The notes beneath the pieces are model-generated. The model was not told where the DNA came from and did not search any database. It worked only from the letters and a program-made list of their open reading frames with translations. A stretch of DNA of 64,000 bases, taken from positions 149,730,001 through 149,794,000 of the forward strand of contig OZ024742.1 in assembly GCA_964016885.1 (NCBI GenBank). The letters are read 5' to 3'. Of this stretch, positions 25,611 through 40,020 are shown piece after piece. Each line of letters begins with the position of its first letter. The first letter of the stretch is position 1. A program made the translations under genes and the position numbers. This stretch comes from Eledone cirrhosa. Lineage: Eukaryota.

Positions 25611-27249
25611 GTCAATGTACATGTATATACATGTCCTTAATCCATACATAAATTGTTAGTATTTAGCACTGAATAATATATGTAATAAGTATTTTGAATT
25701 GGAACCTACATTTCACATCTGGCCTAGGCCTATTGCCAGTTATGCATAGGAATAATTTAGGTTCATAAAAGGAACATTTTAAGTTCATAAGGGAAGAGAA
25801 ATAGTATGTATGTTGTTCACAGCTTTCTCGATGATATTTATGATTTAAACAAAGTGAAATAACTGCTATTGGGTTGTGGGTATTGACAGTCAACAGACGA
25901 TTGACAAGATCCCAGACCTTGTCAAATCTGACTGAGGAAACAATGTTTCCTTTGGTTTTTCCAATTGCTATTACTATCTACCAGTTGCAAATCCAGGCAG
26001 AAGGAGCAACGTGAAATAAAGTGTCTTGCTCAAGGACATAATGCAATGCCCAGTCCGGAAATCAAACTTAATTGCAAATCATTGCAAATCCAATTCTTTA
26101 ACTACTTAGCCACAGGTATAACTTGATATATTATTAACTTTAACTAAAGTCTACTTCTGCTTTATAGGGGCAAAGTTATCTTAATATTCTAATTAAAGAT
26201 CTGTTGACAGGGTTTGGGGACAATTTTTGTTGGTGGAAAAACAGTTAATCATTGTAATAGTGATATATCAGAGTTGTGAACTGGTAGAGTCATTAGAATA
26301 TCAAATAAAATACTTTGCGGTATTCATTCTCGTTCTTTGTGATCTCTGAATTCAAAGGACATTCAGGTTAACTTTACCTTTCATTTTTGTGATCGATAAA
26401 ATTAGTATCAGTCTTGTACTGAAGTTGATTCTTTCTTTATATCTCTTTCTGGCTTCCTCTCTACTTTCTGGAAAAATCACCTGATAAGGAGATGAGCTGC
26501 ACCAAGTTTACAATGCCCAAATCACACCATATATAACTACAATGCCTTTATGATTCTACCAGGAGTTATGGGTTCCTACATGCATAGTGGTATAGGGCAA
26601 AGTCAGCCAACTGTTTGTTTTTTTAATTTCATATCACATTGGGATTCACATTTATACTGTAATTCTGGTGTTCTAATGTGTCTGTTTATTCTATTTATCA
26701 TCATTTTTACATTCTTTTTACATGATAGCCTAAGGTTAGATGAAACTTTTTGAGGCTGTTCTATGACTAGATGTCCTTCCTGATGCTAATCCATACCATC
26801 TTTTTTTCTTTAATATTAGTAAATTACTCTTTCTTTATTTTATTCATCCCAGAAGGAAGAAAGCAAAGTTGATCTTGGTGGGATTTGAACTCAGAACATA
26901 GAAAGTTGTAACTAAATACCACATATCATTTTGTTTGATACTCAACAAATTCTGCCAATCCACCATCATAAGATCAATACTAATCATTTCTAACCTAAAC
27001 ATAAGACTAGAAATTTAGGAGAGGAGGTATTTGATTAAATCATTCTCAGTGCATGACTGGTATTTTAGTTTATTATCCATAGGAGGACAAAAGACAAATT
27101 TGAATTTGGTGGCATTTGAACTCACAATGCAAAGGGACATACTAAATAGATCCAGGTTCCCTACTCTAGCATTGTGTCAGTAACTGACCAATGTGAGAAA
27201 CTGGCAAGTCAGATAGACAAGTTGGAACCCCCATAAAAAGGAAATGATA

Positions 27250-27480
27250 TGTAAGCTGGACAATACTGAATTCTGTAAATACTTGAACATAGATGGGAGT
27301 AAAATGATGGGTCAAAGATGAGCAAATAAAAATGAAAAACGGATATTTTGATAAAGTCATAAATCAATTCTAAAAATTCATTTACATGGCAAAAATTTCA
27401 TCTATACCATTAACACATTTGCAATACCAGCTATAATATGAATTTGTAGTATTGGGCTGAAGGTCACAGATTTAGATACA
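27250..27480 (+). mobile_element. Highly degenerate R4/Dong-like RT fragment
   Basis: Broken translation KYLNI...INTFAIPAI resembles the post-RT region of R4-clade elements. Confidence 0.4.
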
Positions 27481-27691
27481 ATTATCAATAATGCTTAAAG
27501 GGAGTCTCTATACTAGTGTTTCGCAAAGGGGGTTGGTTCTATGAAATTATTCTGTAGTTTCAATAAAAATCTATTATATATTTCATTTTCTATCAATAAA
27601 TAGCCTCACTAAAATTTTTGTTTCATTTAATACTGTATTAAAATTGGATTGATGGGGATTGTCCATAAAATATATGATTTAAAAAAACATG

Positions 27692-27918
27692 ATTGGAGGT
27701 GTATATGAAGGCATATATACAGTATGTTTATGTATAATAAACATACACGAGTCTCACTATGAATGATTTAAGCTGTAATCAGGTAATTATGTGAGAATGC
27801 CAGGAATATGTTTCTGAAAGTGTTGTGGCATGATCACAGCTTAAAAGATTCATAGTAAGACTTGTGTATGTTTATTATACATAAACATACTGTATATGCT
27901 CACATATACACCTCTAAT
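27692..27918. mobile_element. Fold-back (MITE-like) element with about 88-bp imperfect inverted arms
   Basis: attggaggtgtatatg...ttaagctgtaatc is the reverse complement of gatcacagcttaa...catatacacctctaat, with a spacer of about 50 bp. Confidence 0.75.
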
Positions 27919-28200
27919 AGGAATCACTATGATAGTGCTACTGGTAATTGTGTAAGGGTTCCATGACAAAATATGTTTGGAAAACACTGTTCTACATGGT
28001 CACTTGACTTGCTAAATAAAACAAAGTAAAGTCCATCTCTACTGTCTTAAAAAAAGGACACATCTGATAATATATATTCTAGATATACTTTTGCTAAAAA
28101 AAATATGACTGAAGGGCTTTAGAATACCTTTAATCATAGGTTTGGTTAATCAAGGATGATCTGGGCTAAACAACAGCAACAACACTGAATCTTATAATAA

Positions 28201-28390
28201 TAATTGTTTCTACTTTAGGCACAAGGCCAGCAATTACCCAGTGCATTAGTGGTACTTTATTTTATCGACCCCGTAAGGATGAAAGGCAAAGTCAACCTCG
28301 GCGGGATTTGAACTCAGATCGTAAAGGGACGTAACTATGCTGGAAAGCATGGCGTCCAACTCTCTACCGATACTGCCAATCCACCGCCCT
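28201..28390 (-). mobile_element. SINE family A, full young copy
   Basis: Near-exact reverse complement of 62603-62790. TSD cttataataataat on both sides. Confidence 0.88.
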
Positions 28391-28689
28391 TATAATAATA
28401 ATGAAATTATTGTGTATATGATACTTAAAAAGTATCATATATTACATAATTGTACATTCTAAACAGTTATCAATTTTGTCCACTACCTTTCCATCTCAAA
28501 AGAAAGTCCTATGTTAACCATGATTGCATGAAAAGTAATAAATTTCTTCCCTAAAATCGGATTAGATTTTGAATAACTAATATTTAAACCTAAGGTAACA
28601 ATAATAACAGACAAACTGGTAATTGTGGTGAACAACCATTAAGATATTCCCTTGAAATGGCAATACTATGAACTGAATGTCTCAAATAT

Positions 28690-29079
28690 AGTGGGGAGAC
28701 CCAAGAAGACCTGGAATGAGGTGATAAAAGCCGACCTTACCCAATTACACCTCTCAAAGGCGATGACACACGACCGTGACCTCTGGCGTCACGCAGTAAT
28801 ACAGAGTACCCAACCTCCCACGGGTACAAGCCGAAGCATATAGACAATATGCCCACACACCCTCCCACTGCAAAGTGGACGTGTAGGCGCCATGGAAAAA
28901 AAAGCACCCAGCACTCACTGTAAATGAGGTTGGTGTTAGGAAGGGCATCCAGCTGTAGAAATCAAGCCAAAATCAGTTCCTGCATGAGAAAGGCATGGTC
29001 AGCCGACCAGACACTGCCCACAACAGGACAACCCGTCTAACCCATGCTAGCATGGAAGAACGGACGTAAAACGGTGATA
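28690..29079 (+). mobile_element. RTE LINE extreme 3' end
   Basis: Near-identical to the reverse complement of 22260-22700 (GRPKKTWNEVIKADL), with fewer 3' UTR repeat units. Confidence 0.9.
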
Positions 29080-31431
29080 GCCTAAATAAGGCAACAGAAG
29101 CAAAATTTACCAAAAGAAACAAGCCATCACCATTTAGATATATTTAAAGGAATATCTATAATTTTTATACATGACAAATGTTATCTATGTGGTATATTTT
29201 CTTAAACAACTCACTGTATTATATTAGGATGTCAAATATTAGCTTTTCATGAAATATACTTGAAAACACAACAGTCTAGTAAAACTGCTCTATACACATC
29301 TGGTGATCCAAATGTTCTGAGGAATGTTTTGTGGTGTCCATTCAGATGGAATCTCCATCTCTCTTAGAAATTGACAATAGGAAAATACTATAGAACATGA
29401 ATAAACTGACTGTTAACCCATTAACACATAAGAAGTCTTGACATTATTTTCCATGACACAGATGACAATAGTGTGTTAATAATTGTTTATAATTGTTTCT
29501 ACTTTTGGCACAAGGCCAGCAATTACATTACTGGTACTTTATTTTATCGACCCCGTAAGGATGAAAGGCAAAGTTAACCTTGGTGGGATAATAATTGTTT
29601 ATAATGTTGAGTAGAACTTAGTTGAAAAGTCTACTGACATACCTATTAATTGAAGATATTATGACAGTTAAGAAATCAAACTGGAACGATACACAATCAA
29701 TTTTATAGAGACCGAAACAAGTTACTTATAAAGATAGACAGTCATATATTCATAAAATAGCAAAACTAAGGTCTGGAAAGGTTGTTGGAGACCAATCTCA
29801 TACATCATTTATTATTCTTGAACATTTGTGTGCAAGTTTTCCAAGACAGACCTATTTTCTTTTGTTTTTTTACATATAAGAAAGGAAATTCTTGATATAT
29901 CTCATAAATCATAAATAATAATAATAATAATAATAATAAGAATAATAAAAATCTTTGAATTTTTTTCTTTTTTTAATTGTTTCTTTTGTTTTTGACCTTT
30001 TATTTATTCATTTCTTATACTTATTTATTTCGAAGGTCATACCTTTTACAGTGGAATCATTTCAGTTAAAATCTAGGAGAAAATGAAATTTCAATGAAAG
30101 AAACCCAGAGCAAGGACTGTGAAGACCAACAAAGTTGAAAGTGAGGCAGAATGAGGGGCAGGGGTGCAGTCTGGTAATAGTTGGTGTATGAGAAGGGGAG
30201 ATTCAATATGGCAGTGGGGTTTTACGGTGGGGGTGGGGCCAGAAGTCAGTGTGGCAGTAAAGTTTGGATGAGAATCAGTCAAGAAATTTAGTAAAAATGA
30301 TAATTCTGACATTTTTATTTTATTGTTGTATTGTATCTAAAAACTATAATTTGCAGCAGAATTTAATTAGAAAGTGGTGGTAGTAATGTAGGAATATGAT
30401 GGTCTTCAGAATGATGTTTCAAGATTTTCTGTAATTTTATGTGATTAAGATTAAAGGAGTATTCTGTATTCTCATTTGTTCAAGAGGTTTCTCTGTATTT
30501 AGAAGTTTCTTATTTGTTTTTGAGATTTTCTAGATATTCAGACACATTTTATCAATTCATTTTATATCTCATATTGGGAAATATAGCATCTTTGGTCACA
30601 GGTTTACAATGGGCCAGTCAATGGATCACTGCATTTATGATGTCGAGAGTAACAAGGGAGTGTTTGTGCAACTTGGGCAGAACAAATCTCATTTAGGACT
30701 TTGTTGTAAGCACCAGTTTTATCTAATATTTCTATCGTTCTCTGATATGTATCAGTGAAAGATTATATATTTATATATATATATGTATAAAGGAAAATAT
30801 GTATATATGTATGTATACATATACAATTGGCTCTCGCACAATTTTCTCCTTCAAAATTCAACATGCAAGACACTATTCAACCCAAGGCTATGCTAAAAGA
30901 TACTTTCCTAAGGTGCTACACTGTGGGATTGAACCCAGGAACAAGTGGTTTTGTAAAGCAAAGTTCTCAACTACACAGTAGTTATGGCTGTGCCTATTTA
31001 GTACTTTGTTTCTATTTTGTGGCAGGCAGGCCAACATATTAGTTGGGTTGGCAGGGGAGTGGTGTTTGGTTTTATGGAATACATGTAATTCCTCTGATTA
31101 TTACTGCATGGATAAAACTTCATGTGCACCATGTGGTTTAATCATTACCTTATTTCTATGTTTAATTCAGTGGTGATTCATATTTACTTAGATGTTAATG
31201 TGTGTGATTTTTATTAATATTTTTCAAGCAGTTGTGTTTATCATCTGGTAGCTTCTACTTAGATGGCTATATATAACAAGGTTTTTAACATTTGATGGGT
31301 TTCAATTATAAAGGACCATGAAATAATACCTGTCAAATACTGGGGTAAATTTCATATTCTTGTAATCCTTACGAATTATAATAGAAGAAATATTATATTC
31401 TTTCAAGCAGTTACATGTTTATCATGTTTAA

Positions 31432-31663
31432 CCCTTTTGATACCAACCTGGCCAAAACTGGCCCTGGTTCTATGAAAGAAAACCACCCAATTCAAACGAT
31501 TCCTGTATAAATTTATATCTTCCAACATGATATTATACAAGAGCCATATTTTAAGTTATTATATTAGGAACGAAATAATTAATCATTTGAGTAAATCCTT
31601 CAAAATTCTTTATTAATCAATTAAAAGAGAGTATATTTCATTATAAATGCAGTAATGAAAGGG
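31432..31663. mobile_element. TTAA-flanked piggyBac-type MITE (relatives at about 7093, 9860, 40880, 53460 and 63510)
   Basis: TTAA|CCCTTT...AAAGGG|TTAA termini, with internal sequence shared among several copies. Confidence 0.7.
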
Positions 31664-33824
31664 TTAACATGTACTATGTGTGATCAGATGGCTAAATTGT
31701 TGTTGTCTAGCCTCATTTTAATCTTGATCAAGCAGACCTATGATGAAAGTCCTTCTAGTTATGATACCTTTGTAAGAGTATCTACGACTACAATATCATT
31801 TCTAGTATATGAAATTATTATATGGCACCTCAGTAAGGTTACAGCCTGAGTAAAAGAGTTAATATATGCTAATGACTTTCAGATTTTTAAACATTGTGAA
31901 AGTATGTTTAAATATTCTTTTGTATTATAATTAAATTTTGTATAATTTTGCATGCCTTTAATTAATCAATAATTTATGCAGTCACAAAGTTAATGAATTG
32001 CATAAAGATACATGCATTTAAATATTTTGGCAATTATGTGTTTTAATCCAATTCCTAGCCATGTGTTTGGGCCAGTGTTTTAGGAATCCAGATATAGTAG
32101 CTAATTAAATGCTTACAGAGCTAGTTGTTACTTAAAATTTTTAAATTTCAAGATCTTTGCATGCTGCCTTTTAAATTACTTCATTTATGTCTTTTAATGT
32201 TTAACGTTTTATCAAGTACTTCAACAATTTGTAGGTGTTAATTTAAGAGAATTTGAACGATATCCTAGAAATTATTTACTTATCTATTCAGAAAGGTTTT
32301 TATAAAGAAAAAAAAAAAATCATAAAAAGAAAGAAAATAAAGAAAGAAAACAAACAAAAAAAGGGAATAAATTTATTTGATAACATTGAGTTGATTATCC
32401 CAGCCCAGTAAATCTCCTGGGTTTGAAAGGGCTTAATTTACAGCACCAAAACAAAGAATGATAAAACAAAACAAAAAAAAAAATGAAACAAACAAAACAT
32501 GGACAACAACAAAATAAAAAAAAAATGAAGAAAACCAGGAGAAAAAATGTACCCAGGATTATTATATAGAACTCTCCAGAGTTGTGTTGTAGTTTGAGAG
32601 GGGAGGTAACTCTTTATTTTTGTATTATTTCTTCATTTATTTATTTGTTGTTATTTTGGTTGTTGGATCTTGCAAATGTTGTTTATTATTGATATAATTT
32701 ATTAAAAAAAATCTGTCTGAGGTTTTCCCCTGCCTCCTTCTCCTCCTATTACTCAACCCCCTGCCACACTCTCAATAGTCTAAAGAAGTTAAAAAAGTGG
32801 GGTTTGGGGTGTAAAGTAGGTGAAATTGTGTTGCAAATATATTAGAAAAGATATAAGATATATATATATATATAATATAGATAGATATATGTTTAGATAG
32901 ATAGATAAAAATGAGAGGGGCGAAGGAGAGGGTGGGAGAGGGGCGAGAGAGGGGGTAAGAGAGCAGGATAGAGAAGGAAGAGAGAGAGAGGGAGGGAGAG
33001 GGGTAGTAGTGAGAGTGGAAGAGAGAAATACGATAGGGAGGAATACAGGCAACCAATTCCAGACTATGAAACACTGAGAGTACATACAAACATAGCACTG
33101 AAATATGTGTATGTGTGTGTATATGTGTATGCATGTGTTTATGTGTGTGAGCATTTATGCATGTGTGCAGGGGGGGGGTAGTGGTTTGTGCATACACACA
33201 GATCTTCACATAAATTGCAGGTTATATGCACATGCATGCATATATATATTAATGTGAAAACACAAGTAACAGCTAGTTTTCTATGACAAACCTGTAGATT
33301 TCATTATCAACGTATAAAATTTAAACAAATACATAAATAAATAAAAATAATTTAAATATCCATCATCATCATCTACTACTCAACTCCCTAAAATAGTAAA
33401 CCTAGTGGTCATGGTAACAATAATATTAAAGACAATTGGCACCTTATCGGTCCATAGAGATACCATGTCTAGTGCTTACTTCAACATCTTCCATGATATT
33501 TCTCAATGCTAATGGCAAATTGTAACAAAACTGAAGAAAATCAATCAATCTTTGATGGCAAACCTTGCTTTTATGATGAAATTAAACTTTCAAGAGCTCT
33601 CATATAACTTGGCTTTTAAGAAAGCAGCAAATTGCAAGTCACAATTATGCTCAAAGAGTACCAGTAAATTAGTATAGACAAAAGGATTAATGTACTTTTT
33701 TGAAGCATAAAAAGCTTATGAACCTTTTTCCCAATAGCATTCGATCCTTCAAGTGCTTGTTTATAATTGACTGGATAACCTTTCGGAACCGCTTGAAGTA
33801 ACTATTACAATCAAAGGCTCGAAA

Positions 33825-34040
33825 ATAATGATTTCTAATTTAGGCACAAAGCCAGTAATTTGTTGGGAAGGGAAAGTTGATGACGATTCAGTACTTGACT
33901 GGTACTTTATTTTATTGACTCTGGAAGAATGAAAGGCGAAGTTGACTTTGATGAGATTTGAACTCAGAACGCAAAGGGCTATACCTAAGTGCCACAAAAC
34001 ATTTTGTCTAATGCCCTAATGATTCTACCAATTCTCCACA
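33825..34040 (-). mobile_element. SINE family A, older long variant
   Basis: Reverse-complement similarity to 62377-62590. Confidence 0.75.
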
Positions 34041-35379
34041 CTCTGGTAGCTTGAAAACAGTAAAACATAGAATATGATGGTATTTTCAAAGAAATCATTA
34101 AAAACAAAACATACGTGAGTATATATATATATATATATATATATGAAATTGTCTGCTAGATTAGGCATGAAGAAATTTCTAAACCCATGAAAAGGCCAAC
34201 ATTGTACAAATCTACAAAGAGTGGGACATAAGCATCTGTATCCACAGTAGCCATGGTATTTTTCTGCTGTCAGCTGCTAGCAAATTCCTCATATGTTTTC
34301 TATTGGCATGCTTTGTTAAACTCATTTCAGAGACTCAATGTGATTTTGGAAGATATTGAAGCACATGTGACATAATATTCTCTCTGAGATGGATACCCCA
34401 TCAAAAAATGCCACAAAAGAAGCATGTGTCTTTATATTGTGTTTGTTAAACAGCTTAAAATATTTAACATTAATTGTGAACTACTCTGGGTACAAAAATA
34501 TGCTGTCCACAAAAATTTGTTAACATCCTCCAGCTTTTTCATGATAAAATAGATGCTGATATTTACATAAACAGTGTGTTGCCTTCTCTATCTAGTTGAA
34601 AGTAGGGAGTTATACTTGTCTCTCTTCTTTGTACCATTTTTCCTGTGATGATTAAAATCATACTTAAGGATTTCTATGTTAAGAATGTAAGCCTCTTCAG
34701 TCTGAGAAAGCTGCAGACATGCACTAAAATATTAGCAACTTAAAAAGTCTAGTATCTTCAGCACACCATTGATGAAACATTTATAATACACACCTTCAAA
34801 AGGTTATGGAAGTTCCTTGTTTACTATCATCTACAAGTCTTTTGGTTTACAAATAAACATTTATAGGGTTATATCACTGGTTAAATATTTTGCACCTTCA
34901 TCAAATCTTGCTATTTTTAAATTTTCATATTTTTTTTTTGTGATTTACTGAAAGTGGATCCTCTATTTAGTATATCTTGAGCATTACTTTCCTCTCAAAC
35001 CAAAATTAACAAAGGTGTACTTTCAAGATTTAAACTTCTCATGCATTAGGCGGACAGAGGAGGTGAGTATTTGCAAACGAAAACCCCAGGATAAGAACCA
35101 AAATCAATGAGTACATAGAAGTCTGTATTTCTATACTCTTGTATACCTCATGTTATACAAGATTGTTGTAGAAAATAGCTATTACACATGTAAATGTGTT
35201 TGTTCATACATACATCCACACACATCACATAACACAAATTATTAAGTGTGTATGTATGTGTATGTATATATGTTTGAAACTATTTCTAAACACATGCACA
35301 CACAAACACACCCACCCAATCAAATGCACCCATGTGAATGTCAATAAAAGAGACAAATAGGATAGCAATAATTATACTT

Positions 35380-35392
35380 ATATATACATATA

Positions 35393-35435
<43 letters not shown>

Positions 35436-35440
35436 TAATT

Positions 35441-35491
<51 letters not shown>

Positions 35492-35539
35492 TTATGAGGA
35501 GATATATGTATAAATATATATATGTATAAAGATATAAAG

Positions 35540-35574
<35 letters not shown>

Positions 35575-35656
35575 CTCAAACATGTACACATATATGATAT
35601 AGATAAATATTTATTTATACATATATGATGCATAATATACATATATGATGTATAAT

Positions 35657-35687
<31 letters not shown>

Positions 35688-35690
35688 CAT
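35380..35690. repeat. Compound (TA)n microsatellite field
   Basis: Directly visible. Further (TA)n tracts at about 16360, 17825, 36770, 48845, 55610 and 57906. Confidence 0.95.
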
Positions 35691-36085
35691 GATATTTTAA
35701 ATCCTTTGTTTATACAATAATGAAAATCTGGTCAGACAAGACCCCACAAATAGCTTACACCATCAACTGATGCTGCTGGCAAATATAGAAAGAGAAAAAT
35801 TAGGTGGGTCGAATAGGTAGTCATTGCTGGTAGTCACCTCGTGACTGCTTGTTGGGGAAAAGGTAAATAATTTAGTTCACTTGAGGACTGAAAATATAAG
35901 GAAGGGAAAGAGGAGTTGAATAACCATCAGCTTCCGCCACACTAACTACAACATCCATTATTTTGCTTGTCACTCGGTAAATACTTTAGCATTTATTGAA
36001 TTAGGCAATATATATATATATATATATATAAAAACACAATGTCCCCAAAATGTATACATATTTTTTGGACACACTGTATGCGTGC

Positions 36086-36129
<44 letters not shown>

Positions 36130-36762
36130 AGTTTGGTTATTGTTTTGTCCATTTCTTGTGTATTCGGATAAACCCATAACCAACACACTTATATTGAAAA
36201 ATATAAAAGTATCCACCATAATAGTGAGAGAGGTCTTTATTTGCATGACAAGCCATAGTGTGATGTATTCTCAGACATTAGTCCAGAAACAACACAAGCA
36301 GACAACGCAAGAAACCAATTGTATGTAATTTGCTTGCCTATTTGGAACATACACACACACACAAGTAAGATGGATACTAAAAAGAGAAGAGTAATGAACA
36401 AATATTTTAATTAAGACACCTAAATTTGAACAAAATAAAGTCACTTTGGTAAAAAAAAATTTAATAAACTGTTGCTCATTCAAATTTAATTTAATTTCTT
36501 TTTCATTTGCCTATTATCTGTTGTTTAATTAAGGTAGTTAACAGCTAATAATTAGAAGATTGCAATTTGCCACTGCTTAGTGGGAAGTTTATTAAAAATT
36601 ATTATTTCAGATAAATGAAACAACTCTTCCTGTAGAAGTCAATTTTGAATGAAATGAATATATATATTCTTTAAAACTTTTTCCTACTATATCATGTATT
36701 AAACTATTATACTGTCATTGAACTGTATTGCTCTCTCTTGGTGTTTTTTTCCCTTGTTAACT

Positions 36763-36840
<78 letters not shown>

Positions 36841-37573
36841 GTGTATATATATATATATATAGGTGTGTATTATCATCATCATTATAGCCACTGTTTAATT
36901 ACGGTTTGCCACTGCTTATAAAATACTTAACCACTACTTTTTCAAAGTGAATAAACTGATGTTTAGATAAAATAGATTAATGTCACTGTTTAAGGTAAGA
37001 TACTTATTTCAATTTAGTTATGTTTGATTAAGTCACTTACTTGTTAAAAAGTTTGATGGGTATTATGTGTGTGTATGTGTGTGGCAAGGCAATAGCAGAA
37101 CCTAGAGAGGGCACCAGTGGTTATAGTGGTGGTGGTGGCAGTAGTAAAGGTGGAGTTGTAGTGGTGGAGGTACTGATGGTGTTTGTATTTGTAAGTACAA
37201 GGAAGAATAAGTGCTGCAGCAGTGACATATGATGTCAAGTTGAGAGGGGGAGAGAGAAAAAAAAGAGAGGGTAGTGGAACGGGAGGGAGTGGGATTAGTA
37301 AAAAAAGAAAAAAAAAATTGACCCAGAAAATGTTCTTTTTTTTAAAAAAAGTAAGTAAAAAAAATAATAAAAACATTCAAATTTATGAAGCAAAAACATT
37401 TTTTGTGTGTGTTTTTTTTTATGTGTTTTGAACTGTAGAAGATGGTAAGGAAGAAGGGAGCCAGAGAAAGGTTGGGTTGGAGTGGGGGCAGAATCAACAC
37501 GACAGTACAGGCAGAATGGCCACATATCACCAACAACAACAACGGCAACAACAACAACAACATCAATAGCAGA

Positions 37574-37639
37574 TCAACAGGAAGCAGTTTCTCTGTTTGT
37601 TTCTCGGCATAGGAAGATGGATACAATCAATCCAAACAT
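37574..37639 (-). CDS. Tetraspanin last coding exon: MFGLIVSIFLCRETNRETASC-stop. Full protein 259 aa with 6 Cys in the large loop; subfamily unresolved
   Basis: cttgcag acceptor and TGA at 37576-37574. Completes TM4 and a short Cys-containing tail. Confidence 0.92.
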   Translation of the reverse strand: MFGLIVSIFLCRETNRETASC

Positions 37640-37701
37640 CTGCAAGAGATGAGAAACAAGAAAAAAGCGTTTTAAACAAGGTGCATATTTTAGGTAGGGC
37701 G

Positions 37702-38026
37702 TACAGTGTAACCCCAGCATTCGCAGTCTTGGTTTATCACAGAAATTTCCCCAGAATCTAACTAATAATTGTTTGTGGAAACCACCGGATATTCACGGAA
37801 TTTTAAATATCTCCCGCAATTTTTTATGGCTTTGTGGGAATACATATTTTTTCACACTTTTTAATGCTAAATTATTAATAACAATATACTGAATTTGCTG
37901 GCATATATTTTATGTTATGTTTTGACGTTTATAGGCATTTTTATGGACCATGTCCAATATTCAGTTTTTCACTCTTTGCAGGTGGTCTAGGAACATAACA
38001 CCCACAAATACCAGGGGACAACTATA
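37702..38026. mobile_element. Tigger/pogo-type MITE, degenerate
   Basis: Starts TA|CAGTG and ends ggtctaggaacataacacccacaaataccaggggacaacta|ta, resembling MER2/Tigger ends. Confidence 0.5.
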
Positions 38027-38454
38027 TAGTCAAAGTATTCCATGTGTCCTGAAAACTCACAAAAGTTGCGAAATAAGGATTTTAAGATTTAGTAATCATC
38101 ATTGCTGTTTTACACCCATTTTCCATGCATTCCTGGGTTAGATGTATTGTCATTCTCAGGGGCTAGACAGGCAAATCAGATGACTTTACCATGCTCATAA
38201 GTTCCATTTCAGCATGGTTTCTATGGCTGGATGCTCTTCCTAATGCCAATCACATCATGGCATGTACTGGGTGTATTTTCTTGTGGTACCACCACAACCA
38301 TCTGACAGGGTGGACTGGGTGTTTTTTTTCATGACACCAGAACTACAACTTTGCATTATGGGCTGGGTGTATTTTATTGGGGCATTAGCACTACCACTTT
38401 AATATAGTAATACATTTAATATCATTACTGAATTTTCTACGGTTTGTTGAATCT

Positions 38455-38900
38455 CAAAGAGGACCTTAAACAGTACTTTTCTGAGTATGTGCTGGGACCC
38501 AGCAAAGCAACCAGTCTTTTGTAGGAGAGCAATTTGTGTTTTAAAGTCTATTTGCTCATGACATCCTCTCAGTTTTTGTGGTATCAAGTCCAAAAGCTTT
38601 CAGAACAACTGGAATTATCTCGATATTGTTATGTAGTACTAGCCATATTTGTCTAATTTTGATCTTCAAGTCAGTGTATTTCATTATTTTTTCAATTCCC
38701 TTCAAGGCTATGTTTTAGTGCCCTAGGATGGCAATATCAATAACTTGGCATTCATGCCTATTTCTGTGCATAACTACAATATCGGGTCTGATTTGTTCCA
38801 GTTTATACAGTTTCTCTCAGTCATCTGGAACATGCTGGTATCACTTATCAGATTCCCGATATCCATACTCTCTTTAGTCTGGATCACTTTCTGTGAATTT
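38455..38900 (-). mobile_element. R4/Dong-like restriction-like endonuclease relic
   Basis: Minus-strand RPDIVV..CQVIDIAI..EKIMKYTDL and LLQKT..ILRKVL, the C-terminal pattern of RLE-type non-LTR elements. Confidence 0.7.
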
Positions 38901-39298
38901 TAAAAATTGGATTGGTACTAAGCTTTATTGAATGGAAACATTTTGTTCTTGAATTATTTTGTAAATAGGAGACTTCAGGATGCGTGGAAGACTATCACAA
39001 TTATTTTAGTTTTTCTTAACATTGTTCTTTATGTTTATCTATTCAATATGGCTTCTTTACAACAGAGGGGCAGTAAATGTTTTATTTTCTTTATCCAACT
39101 AAAAAGCAAATTTCATTTAATTGAGAATTTTTTTGCAAAAGTCATTTAATGCACCAGCTCTTATTGATCTAAATTCGTGGCTTGAACCCACATAGATAAT
39201 TTCTTACTGTATGGTGTACTATTGAAGTAGTAATAGAGTGTTATTTTCATACAACAAAATTATGACATTAAATATGCTACCTAGGAAAAAATACTTAC

Positions 39299-39382
39299 CT
39301 CCAACACTGCAATACCACAACCCACACCTATCAGAATATCCATGTGCTTACTGATCCAGTTCTCCATTTCAGCTCGACATCC
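39299..39382 (-). CDS. Tetraspanin exon 7: GCRAEMENWISKHMDILIGVGCGIAVLE
   Basis: ttgctcag acceptor and gtaagt donor. 84 nt. GC motif and the start of TM4. Confidence 0.94.
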
Positions 39383-39444
39383 CTGAGCAAAGAAAAAACA
39401 AAAGGAAGAGAATCAAGCTTAGGTATTTTTTGTCTGTTTATTTA

Positions 39445-40020
39445 CTACGAGTGTCCAGCAAGGAGACCTACTCAGCCCACTCCTCTTTACGCTGGCAGTC
39501 GATGACATTGTCCACTCTGCACAGTCGTGCTTCAACGTCTGGTAACTGCACAACGTGATCCTGGGTGGCTCAGCTGAGTCAGTTGTTGAGGATTTTCGGT
39601 TAATCATTCCAGCTCTAAAGCTCCTTGGACTCAAGATCAATCCATCCAAGTCTGAGCTGATAAATGTTCACTATAGTGAGGCTGAATTCCACGACACCAT
39701 ACTCAGCACCATCGCATCTTGTTCGGGGCCTAACTCATGCCCAATGACACCACCTGCATTCTCTGCTCTTTAATTTTCTCAAGATCCATACAAGAGTACT
39801 TGTAGACCAGGCACCTGGTGCTCTTCCTCCTGAGGAACTGCTTCTCCCTTCTCAAATGTTTGTTTGTGCTGCACAGGATACCTTGTCAACCTCACACATC
39901 ACCTCAGTGAACTCGATGCCATCATCCCATATATTTGCAAAACTCAGCTGCATTGTTAGTTTCAACAGTGCCGGCTGGTAACAGGCAAAGCTTCCTGTGA
40001 GGTTCGGTGGCCTTGGCCTA
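39445..40020 (+). mobile_element. CRE-like non-LTR retrotransposon RT relic
   Basis: SVQQGDLLSPLLF..FNVW*LHNVILGG..LGLKINPSKSEL, LFLLRNCFS and W*QAKLPVRFGGLGL. Confidence 0.7.

Noticed and set aside
33400-34900. Very faint endonuclease-like and RT-like peptide traces on the minus strand
   Set aside because: Too degenerate to support by eye, and the apparent domain order is wrong. It would need tBLASTx.
35286-36246. YIYIYI-type ORFs in the ORF track (also 32772-33209 and 58894-59226)
   Set aside because: They are translations of microsatellites and low-complexity DNA.
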